From positions 152,481 to 216,480 of the forward strand of contig JAAOMT010000414.1 of assembly GCA_016748015.1 (NCBI GenBank): 64,000 nucleotides of DNA, written 5' to 3'. Source of the DNA: Geosiphon pyriformis uo1. Its lineage: Eukaryota > Fungi > Glomeromycota. The number at the start of each line of letters is the position of its first letter. Positions within the stretch are counted from its first letter, which is position 1. The position numbers and the translations under genes are program-made. Below the pieces are notes generated by a model. It was not told the DNA's origin, made no database searches, and saw nothing but the letters and a program-made list of their open reading frames with translations. This document shows, piece after piece, positions 27,401-38,345 of the stretch.

Positions 27401-29869
27401 GTTATATTTTTGGGTTGAAATGTTTTTAAATTTGTCTTATTCATGACAAGCCATCAGCATTTCTATTTTTTTTTTTTTTTTGTAATGTATTGTATAATTA
27501 AATAGTGAAAGTTCTATTTTCCATTTGGCATGGCGATTGTCTCCAAATTTTTGCTTCTGGATTGAAGTCAATTCTTTATGATCAATATATACATCAAATT
27601 TTTGACTTAATTATTCTTTCTATTTGATAACAGCCCAATAGATAGCTAAGTGTTCTAGTACTGGAGTTCTATAATTTTTTTTAGCTGGACTTAAGCTTCT
27701 ACTGGCATAAGCTACTGGATGTTCTCATCTATTTGGTTCTTTTTGAGATAATACAGCTTCTAATGCTTAACCAGATGTATTAGTAGTAATAATAAATAGT
27801 TTGCTGTGGTCTGGATAGATTAATACTAGAGCTTAAATAAGTTTTTTTCTCAGTGTATCAAAGGCTTTTTGTTGGATTTCAGTTCATTTGTATTTGGTGT
27901 TTTTTGTTTGGAGTTGATATAGTGGTTGAACTATTTTGGAAAAATCTTTGATAAAGTGGTGATAGTATTCAGCAAATTCCAAAAATGGTCTTAATTCTGT
28001 GAGATTATTTGGTACTAGAAAGTTCTTAACAATCTCAATCTTATTTGGATCTGTTTTGATACCATTTTTGTTCACAACATGTCCCAAAAACTTGAGTTCA
28101 GTTTTTCCAAAGAAATACTTAGTTGCATTCAATTTTAATTCAGCTCTTCTTAGTCTTTTAAATACTTGTTAAAAATAGTGTAGATGATTATTGAATGTTT
28201 TGGAGAATATGTTGGTGTTATCCAAATATATGACTACTAATTTCCATAGCAGTTCAGTATAGACAATTTCTATGAGCCCCTGGAAAATGGCTGGAGTATT
28301 CATTAAGCCAAATAGCATAACTTCGAATTTGAAATTATCTTCTTGTGTTGTAAAAGCCATTTTCTCTTTATCTTCTGGTATCATGGCTATTTACTAGTAA
28401 TTACTGTTTAAGTCTAGAATTGAGAACCATTTTTTTTCTCCAAAAGCATCAAAAAGTTCTTGAATCTTTGAAGTTGGGTAGCTATCTCCTTTTGTTACTT
28501 CATTCAGTTTCTAGTAATCTACACAAAAGTGGATTTTCCCATTTTTTTTCTAGACTAATACCACTGGTAATAACTATGGGCTTATTAATGACTGAATTAG
28601 CCCATTGTCAAGCATCTGATTGATTTCTTGATGAATGATCTTATGGCTGGCTAGTAGTATTCTGTATGCTTTTTGTTTGATTGGTATTATATCTCCAGTC
28701 TTAATCTGATACTGGATTATGTTTATTCTGACAAATTTGTTTTCACTGACAAAAATGTTGTTGAAATTGTTGAGTAACATCTTAAGCTACATATGTTATA
28801 ATGGGTCTAAATTTTCCAAGTTCATCTGTTCTAATTGTTCTAATTAGAGCAAATAACATTCTTTTTGCTCATATATTGTTTGAAATGTGATATCTACATA
28901 TCTGCACAGTTGTGGAAAATCTGGAATGGTATTTGGTTATTGATTTTTAATTTTGGTGGTGTTACAGATGATTCTTTGGGATGTCAAGTAAATAACAAAC
29001 CTGTAACTTGGTGCTCAAAGTGATTGGTAACGATGATAATCTGAAGGTTTTTTAATTGAGTTCTTTGTATAATGAACAGAGATTCAATAGTAACAGTTTA
29101 TCAGTAGTTTTTTGAAACCATAGTTTTGTCAATTGCTTGCTCAGCTTGATGGTTGATGATTTTCCTGGTATGATATCCTCCATAAGTGTATACCAGTGCT
29201 GTTTTCTGACATCAGTTTCTCTGTAAGTTCTCCAAGAGTAAGTATTGTTTAAGCAAGTTTATTCCTTCATAAGTCCTCCAAGAGTAAGTATTGTTTAAGT
29301 AAGTTTTATTTTTCCGTAAGTTCTCCAAGGATAAATCCTTTAATCAAGTTAGTAGACAACAAAAAAAATAAAGAAAAGATAAAAGAGAGAATAAGAAATA
29401 AGCCAAGGTGATTTGCAAGTTAGTATCCTGTCAATAGCTGTGATCAAGAGCTATTGTTCCAGTATGGTTAAGTATCAGTTACTATCAACATGAAGTGTTG
29501 ATAGTGAAGAATGAATTTGATATAGTGAATAATTATTTATTTGAGGATTGTAGTAACTAAGTTAAGGATTCTTGGTGTCAATTCTCTCTCTTTCTGCTTC
29601 TAATACTACTGTTATATATACATATTTGAGATTCCTCAATTCTTCAATTCCTTATGACAGGAATCCTGCAATTCCTGATGAGAGAAATTCTGAAATTCTA
29701 GAATCCTGCAATTCCTTGCCGGAGAATTCTGAAATTCCTGGAATCCTGCAATTCCTCTGAGAGGAATCCTGGAATTTCACATTTATTATGTTTATTTTTG
29801 ATTGGCTAATATCTACTTGCTAATAATAATATACTTTCTATATTCTATGAGTAACATTATTCTTTCCTT

Positions 29870-31935
29870 TTAATATTGAGCTCCATCAAAATCTAACTCT
29901 TTTAATTCCTCCTCTTAAATTATTTTTTGAACTTCTTTTTCAAATATTACTTGTGTTATTTGAGTTTGTAGTTCTTCAAATTGGGCATTAGTCATTTTTC
30001 CTAATTGATTACTCGTAACTGTATTCATTACTGTGTTGAGTAAGATTTCTGGTCGGTCTTGAAATCTCATATATAGCTGGTAAATGGCTCAAGCTTGTGT
30101 GGTTAGATTGTTCTTTTCCACAAATTGTTCTAGTTGTCTTAGTATTGTTGTGTCAAATAACTGTTTTGTTTTGTTAGTGTACAAATTCTGAATATTTACA
30201 TGTTGTCCCAAGTAAAAATAACAATAGTTTTTCGGAAATTATTGCGTCTACCAAGTCTAAGTTTCTCTAGTAAGTTCTTGGTGTAATCTGACTATTTGTT
30301 GTTCTTTCATGGCCAATTTTATCTTGGTCATAATCTTGTCAACAACATTTTTGAGTTTTCTCTGTACTTTGTGTTGTGGTATCCTTGCCATACTTTTGTA
30401 TCGAATAGTTTGTTGATTAATTGTAATTTCTATCTCCTGGTGTTAGATTAATTAAAAAATTTATTATGCTAATAAATAGATATTGTCGGTAATTTCCATT
30501 TTTCTGTATTTTTCCGTCATGTTGACCATGCCTTTATATATTCTTTCTGTTGATCAATTGAACATGTTGTTATTAATGATGATAATTGGTTTCAATCTTG
30601 TGGAATCTCATCTGGTTGGACTAGTATTCTCTGTACTCCTAATTGTGGAATATTACTGGTGGATGATAATGCTATATAATGGTATGGTTTCAGTCAATCT
30701 CCATGTGCTGCTTTGGTTAAGATTTTGTTATTCAATCTTAATTTGTAAGCTTCATTTCCTAGAATTTCTTCTATGTGAAATGGTCCATTCTATCTGGAAT
30801 CAAATTTTCCATTCTATTGTTTTTCTGCTTTGGTATAATGTAGTAGTACTTTGTTTCCAATCTTGAATTCAACTGGTTTATCTGGTAGTTGGTTATCATG
30901 TCTTTTTTTTTGTTTCTCTTGTAACCTTTGTATGTTATCAGCTGCTTTCCATCATTTGTTTTCTAATATTTTCATTAAGTTATATGTTCTTTTCAACAAT
31001 GTGTTTTTGAAATTCTCTTCTGTTATTGGTTTGGTTGGGTATGTGCTGACTTCTATTTTCACTGGTAGTGTTGCTGTTTTACTATATACTAATTCAAATG
31101 GTATTGTTTGTATAGTATCTTGCTTCATTGTCTAATAAACAAATAGTACTAATGATATTAACAAATCTCAATCGTTCTGGTTTTCTTGGCTGAGCTTAGC
31201 TATTGCTTTACACAATATTCTGTTGAATCTTTTGACTAATCTATTGGTTTGTGGATGGTATGGTGATGATAATAGTCTCTTAATTCCGAATCTTTGGCTC
31301 AATTCTGTTAATGTTCTGTTCACAAAATGCATTTCTTGGTCTGATAATAATTTTTTTGGACATCCATGTCGACAAATCAAATCCTGATGAATGAATTTGG
31401 CAATGAATTCTGCATCTGCTCTTTGAATTGCTTTTGCCTCTGGCCATTTAGTGAGATAGTCCATGGCTACTGCTATGTATCTGTTTCCTCTGCTGGTGAT
31501 TGTTAATAGTCCGATTAAATCAATTCCAATATGGTCAAATGGTTGTTTCACTTTGATTGGTCTTAATGATTCACTGGGTCTTGTTCTTCCTCTTCACTGA
31601 CAAGCATCACAATTTTGAACATATTGGATGATGTCTGGATACATTGATGGCCAATAGTATCTTTTTCTGGTTTTTTTCATGGTTGCTTCTTTGTGAAAGT
31701 GTCCTGTTGTTGGATTTGAGTACATGTTGAATAATATTGTCTCTTTTTCTGGCTCTGTAATTACTCTGGTTGGTTGATTTAGATCTCTTCTATTTTTCCG
31801 ATAAAGTATATTTTGGTGAGTGAAAAAATATTTTGATTGTTGTTTGATACTCTTTCATTCTATTTGAGATAAATTCTCCTTGAACTGTTAAGTGTTTATA
31901 TAATGTTGAAGTTGTTGATATTTTTGTATGTTCAT
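29870..31935 (-). pseudogene. Integrase ORF of F with C-terminal extension
   Basis: ATG at 31935; ORF 31168-31551 is the rve core (IGIDLIG...LLSDQ...LVKRFNR). Confidence 0.9.
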
Positions 31936-33432
31936 CTTTTGTTATATTTTTCATTGGTATTGTTCTGGTTTTGTTATATTTTTGGGTTGAAATATTCTTA
32001 GATTTGTCTTATTTGTGACAAACCATCGACATTTCTGTTGTTTTTTCCTTTCTTATAGTGTATAGTATAAGTATATTGTAAGAGTGCCATTTTTCATCTG
32101 GATTGGCAGCCATCATCAAATTCTTGCTTTTGAAGTGATGTTAACTCTTTATGATCTGTGTATATATTAAACTTTTGGCTCAAGTATTTGTTTCACTTCA
32201 TAACTGCCCAATAGATTGCTAAATGTTCTAATTCTGGTGTTTTATAGTTTTTTTCAGCTGGTGTTAGACCTCAGCTGGCATATGCTACTGAATGTTCTTT
32301 GCCATCTGGTTCTTTCTGAAATAGTACTGTTCCCAATGCTTAGCCTAATGCATTGGTGGTAATGATGAATGATTTGTTGTGAGTAGATCAGTACTGGAGC
32401 TTGAATAAGCTTTTTTTTCAGAATATTAAAAGCTTCTTGTTGACTTTCTGTTCATTCATATTTTGTATTCTTGGTTTGCAGATTATTGAGCGGTTGAGCT
32501 ATCTTTGAAAAGTTCTTTATAAAGCATCAATAATAGCTTGCGAATCCCAAGAATGATTTCAATTCAGTCACATTGGTTGGTACTGGAAAGTTCTTTACTA
32601 TTTCTATTTTCTCTGGATCTGTTTTGATGCTGTTTTTGCTGACTATGTGTCCCAAGAATTTTAGTTCTGTTTTGTCAAAGAAGCACTTTGTTGCATTTAA
32701 CTTTAGTTTTGCTCTTCTTAGCCTTTCAAACACTTATTGAAGATGATGAAGATAATCATCAAATGTTTTTGAGAATACATTGGTGTTGTCTAAGTATACA
32801 ACTATTGATTTCCACAATAAGCCAGTATAAACAATTTCCATTAGCCATTGGAAAGTGGCTGGGGCATTGGTTAAGCTGAAAGGCATTACTTCAAATTCGA
32901 AATTCCCTTCTCTAGTGGTGAATGCTGTCTTCTTTTTGTTGGCTGGATCCATGGCTACTTGTTAGTAACTACTGTCTAAGTCTAATGTTGAGAACCATTT
33001 GTTTTCACTGAAAGTGTCAAACAATTTTTGTATTCTTGGAGTTAGATAGCTGTCTTCACAAGTTATACTATTAAGTTTTTTGTAGTTTACACAAAATTGA
33101 ATTTTTTCATTTTTCTTCCAGATGAGTACCACTGGTGATAACCATGGACTCATTGATGATTGAATTAGCCTGTTGTTAAGCATTTGGTTTATTTCTTGAT
33201 GAATGATCTTATGACTAGCTGGTGGTACTCTGTATGCTCTTTGTTTAATTGGCATTGCATTTTCAGTCTTGATCTAATGCTGGATGATGTCAGTTCAGCC
33301 AAACTTGTTTTCACTGGCAAAAATGTCATTGAAATTGTTGAGCAACATCTTGAGCTGCATATGTTGAAGTGGATCTAAGTTTTCCATGTTCATTTGTTCC
33401 AATTGTTCTGGTTGGAGCAAATAACATTCACT

Positions 33433-34611
33433 TCATCTGTATATTGTTTGTGATGTGATATCGACATATCCACAAAGTTGTGGAAAGTCTGGAATGGTGC
33501 TTGGTGGTTGATCTTCTATTTCAGTGCTTAAGTATCCAATGGTGGTTCCGGCTGGTATTATTATGATATTTCCTGTCTTATTATAGATAGAAATTTTGAT
33601 GTGGCTGTAATTTTTGGCTGGTATATGAAGATTGATAAGTCCAATCTCTCCTGATTTACAAAGGGTTGGTTTTGCTTCAAAAATCTGATTCTGTTCTTTT
33701 ACTTCCCACTTTATCCTTACCATGTACTGACCATATAGTAGAATAAAAATTACTTGACTCGTTGAGATAATTTTTTCTTGGTCAACAATTTCTTCTTCTG
33801 CCATATTGACTGGTATATTTATTCTACCCATTGATCCAAATTCCTGTATTCCTCTTGCTGTTATCCCTAATTCCTCCTTATTTCTCACTAATACTAACTG
33901 CACTATTTTCACCAAAGGCAGGAATATTGCCTGTGCTATTTTTTCATTTGGCTCTATGATATAGGCCTTTTCAGAGTCGTTTTGTAGCATAGCAATGATA
34001 TTTCCTACATATCCTGTGTCAATTATTCCTCCTTTTATATTAATCCCTCTTTTCGCTAAACTACTCCTAAATGCTAGTTGAACCATTGTTGTTGCTGAGA
34101 TTTCTAATGCTACTTTTAGATCAATGCAAGTGTGTGAATGTGGTTCCAATTTGATGACATCTTTTTCTGGATACCTTAGATCAAACCCGACATTAGTATT
34201 ATGTACGTGTTTTGGCATAATACCTTTATTATTGTTACTATACCATTTTAACTCCTGTTCTTTAGAGAGATCTGGCAGTGCAATGTATTGTTCATATTTT
34301 GGGTCGAAGTTTGAATCTGAGTTGGAATCATCGTCATTGTTATCACCAATTTGAACAGAGCTGGAACCAGTGTTTTTGTCATCATCGTTGTTGGAGTTTG
34401 AATTGGGATTGAATGGTAATTCCAATTCAGATGCACAGCTGCTGATTGGTTCAATTTCCTCTGGAATTGTGTAGATCATGTGTGGTAGTAGATTGTAAAT
34501 GAGGTCACACTTATTACAATATTGGAAGTCACAGGGAATCAAACAGTAGTCACATAATTGGGTGTTTAGTTGTTCTGAATGCTGCTTTTGCTCTTCTCTT
34601 GTAAGTGCCAA
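33433..34611 (-). pseudogene. dut: Pol segment of F: Cys cluster, acidic/Asn linker, dUTPase, pseudo-dUTPase
   Basis: 392-aa ORF with VGFDL, RSSLAKRG, GGIIDTGYVG, KIAQ, RGIQEFGSMG. Confidence 0.93.
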
Positions 34612-35520
34612 ATTTTAGTAGTATTTGTGGAAGTCTTCTGGACCTGTTTTTTTGTCCATGAAAGTGTCTGAGTTAGGAATATGAATGATATCAACCAGTT
34701 CTGGGAGATTGTTCTTAATTTTCAGTATTTCACTGGGTGTAGTACTTTTTACTTTGGCGTTGGCCATTCACCAAATCTTCTCTTCATCATGGGGGTAACT
34801 GTCTAAACAATTCAGTGCTTGGTGCCATGCTGCTGTAATCAGGGTACCACAACTCACCCAGTCATTAATGAGAATCATGTATTGGCACGAAGTGTCACAC
34901 GTTCCTTCTCGACCAGGAATATCATTCCACATTCCTTCGTCAAGCAGTTGTTTGCTGCAAGCAAGACATGGTTCATTGTTCTATTTGTCCTGTTTTTTTG
35001 GGTAGCCATAGCATTCTCTATGACATGGCTTACAATAATAATGGGTTTGCATCCAGTAGTCTTTATTTAGCACAATCCATGTTCCTATGAAAGAAAGTTT
35101 CTTTTCACAGTCTTTGCATTTGAGTGGAATATATGGCAGTTGTGGTAGTGGCTCATGGACTAAGTATAAACTGGTCCAGCCACTGGTTTTTTTGCTGGTG
35201 CTGGTGGTCTCTTCCAGTGTGGTTTCTTTTCCTTTTCTCTTTCCATTATCTTTCTCTTCTCATTTCCAATCAGCCAGTTCATTGTAGTCATTTTTTGTTT
35301 CCCTAGCTTGGTTAGAGATCCAGGTAAGTTCTGTTTCTTTTTGCTTTCCTTTGATGTTGCTGTTCCAAAAAAGTACTGGTGGCAACTCATTATAGTCTTG
35401 GTTGGTCCACGAGACTTGATAGGCTTCCCAGGTAGGTTTTTTTGTTTCTTCCTCAAACTCGATGAATGGTTGGGCATTGCTTGGCTTAAAGTGGCCACAA
35501 GTGGCTGGTGTTTGAGTATG

Positions 35521-36192
35521 CTAACCACCAAAGATTAATTGTAGTTCTTGGGTGGTCCAATCGAGGGTAGCATGGGTTTTCAACAACCAATTGTTGCTCA
35601 TGAGAGCCTGGTATTGTGTGGCTTCCATTACCAAGACTTTGATGGGTATTATAATGCCATTAATTTTGAATAAGAAATCGTCAATTTCGCCAATTGGAGT
35701 TTTGGTTGCTCTATCAACAGTAATTATATAAGCACTAGCAGCATGATCAACTTGGCAACCTAATTGGTCCATGAGTTGTCGTGTGATAATGCTGCCTGCT
35801 GAACCGCTGTCTAGGATTAATTTGATGGAGTGGCTATCTACTTTGGCATCAGTGTATATTGCTGTAATGGGTTTCTTTTCAAGAGCAGCTCCACTGAATA
35901 ATAAGACTGGAGTGGTTTCCTTGAACTCAAACGGGAAGATGGCTGCTAATGTTTTGTTTTCGGTAACTGTTGCTGGTAGTATGTTGCTGATAAGTTTTTG
36001 GATTGGGTTGGTTTTCGGGTTGCTGGGTATGGTGTCTTCTGGGGTAACCAGGAGACTTAAATAGTTCTGGGAATTCGGGTTTTGGGTGGCACTGGTACCT
36101 GAATTCCAAGAATGTAATTCTGATGGTGAGTTGAAAGAACTGGGGATCAGTTGGTGGACAACCATTACCAATCTCCAGTTTTGTTGTGTCAT
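35521..36192 (-). pseudogene. Gag C-terminus in frame with aspartic protease (copy F)
   Basis: 223-aa ORF containing LILDSGSAGSII. Confidence 0.9.
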
Positions 36193-38328
36193 TCTCGGTC
36201 TTTGGGTTCTGTGTTAAGGTAAGTTTTAGGGTGGTTTTTGAATGGTTTGAGGTTAATAGATTACTTGTGGCTGCAGTTGATATATTATGAATGACTGCAG
36301 TTGATATATTGCTGGTGGCTGCAGTTGATAAACTGGGGTCTGATATACTGGTGCTTGATAAATTGGCTGCTGCGTCATTGGCAGGTAAGTGTTTTGATTT
36401 TGCTTTTGATTTTGATATTGATTTGGGATTTGGAATCGGTGATCGGGATTTTGATGTTGATTTTCTGATCATCAGTTATAAGCATTGTAGTTGGCTCTTA
36501 TGTGGTTTTGTTTACCACAGTTGTGGTAAACATGCATCTTTGGCTGCCACTGCTGATTGGCTGATGTTGAGAGATGTGCTTGATTTTGGGAATGATTGTA
36601 GTTTCCCTGATTACTGCACTTTTGAGGAGGTTGATAAATGGATTGATGGTTGTTAGCTAAGTATCCCTTAATTTTCTGATTGATGGTATCACTAATTTGC
36701 TTTAATTTGGAATTCAAATCAGATGATCCATTCATTATTAAATTTACAGCTTGAGCATAGTTGGCTTCTAGCTCAGCTGATTCAAAATCTCTGATGTGTA
36801 TGACTGCAGCTTGAAGGTTGGCTGGATGTAATGGGTGTACATGTTGTAAAATGCTACTGTGCAGGCCATGAATAAACTGGTTGAGGATCTAGGATTCTGT
36901 GAAATACACAGTGTCAATGGCTTGAATTTGGCATAAGACTCTATGAAAGTGTCTTAGGTATGTTGTGACTGCTTCAGTATTATTCTGTTTGATTGTGATA
37001 AAAGTATTGGCTAGACAATTAATACTGTTATTGTTGCTAAAATATCTCAGAAAGGCAGTTTTGAATTGTTGAAATGTTTATGGTCTGGTGGCTAAACTCT
37101 GATACCAAGAATTGGCGGTTTTTTTGAGAAAGTATGAGATTGCTTGTAGAGCTCTGGTGTTGTCCCAATTGTTTGTTATGATGACCTTGGAAACATCATT
37201 GATCCATGCTTGAGCATCATCCTCTTTGTTGGTAAAGTTTTCTAACTTGGTGATGGATGCATAGGCCATTTGGTTTACGTTTAGTTGTTGTTGTGACTGC
37301 TGTAGCAGTTGTTGTTGCAGTAGTGGTTGCTGAAGTGGTCCTTGTGGCTGTTGGATTTGCAGATTTGGTTGTTGAGATGGCTGCTGAATGGGTTCAACTA
37401 TTGGATCAATTGGTGGGTAATCGATGATGATATTTGAAGGTATGTTTGGCTAATTAATTAAATTGGGGTTTTGATTGTTTTGATTTTGCTAAGTTCTAAT
37501 ATTTGGAGTTTCAATTTCCAGATTTTCTATATTTGGATTTCGCAGGGTTTGAACATTCGGGGTTCCGAATTCCGAGTTTTTTGAGATCAGGTTTTGGTAA
37601 GTGAATTCTTGATCTTTACTTCCTTCCTCTTCTTTCTCTGATAATTCCCATGGAGTAATGGCTCCAAAATCTGGTTGGGGTATTGGTGATTGAATTCCTA
37701 ATGGCATTGAGAATCATGATTTAAATCCTTCAAAATATGCATCATATGGTCTTAGTAAGTCTTCTTTCTGTTGTTTGCTTTGGAACTGAAATCTTTTAAA
37801 TGTTGATGTCACGTTTGATGTGAATGTATCTGCTGATGAAATGTTGATGGTGCTTTTAGGTGTGTAGTGATATGATGGAGCAGTTGGTGATTCTACTCTG
37901 TGTTTCTTCCAACTAGGTAACTGTATTCCTTTTGGTGTTGTTGCTGGTGTTTGTATTCTTCCTTTACCTTTGTCTGCATAGGTAATAAGAAATTGTTGTT
38001 GCATGTATCTTTCAATGGTTTGATTAATTTCCCTGATGATTGGGACAAAACTGTGATTTCTTGGTAAGCTGGTGTGTTGAAATAATTCTGTATAGAAATT
38101 TTTTCTTGCTGATTTGATATTAACGGTTCCTCTTAAACAGTCTGTGATTTTATCATTGACATAATAGTTGAAGGCTGATTCGGCTGAATAGTGATTACTA
38201 TTTAATCTTAATTATTGGCTGTATTGTTGAAACAAGGATTTTGCAAATCCTAAGTGGTTGGCTCCTATAATTTCTGATTCTGCCACATTTGGATGGTGTT
38301 GTTGGCACTGGTTCTCTGTAAGATTATA

Positions 38329-38345
38329 CCTCACAAAGAACACCA
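38329..38345 (-). promoter_or_regulatory. Primer-binding site TGGTG(C/T)TCT(C/T)TGTGAGG, probably complementary to elongator tRNA-Met
   Basis: 2 nt after the LTR and starts with TGG; its complement C-CTCAC-AGAGAGC-A-CCA fits T-stem, acceptor stem and CCA, and CCTCAC is typical of eukaryotic elongator tRNA-Met. Also at 43812-43828, 47423-47439, 50530-50546. Confidence 0.8.

Noticed and set aside
30483-30866. Hydrophobic antisense ORFs opposite the integrase C-terminus (also 7037-7273, 12457-12738) as a possible env
   Set aside because: The antisense of A-rich coding DNA is T-rich and so looks hydrophobic; starts and stops differ among copies
35927-36472. Overlapping S/T-rich ORF in an alternative frame of gag (also 41700-42056)
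   Set aside because: Explained by the CAA/CCA-rich Q/P codons of gag leaving the shifted frame open; no independent evidence
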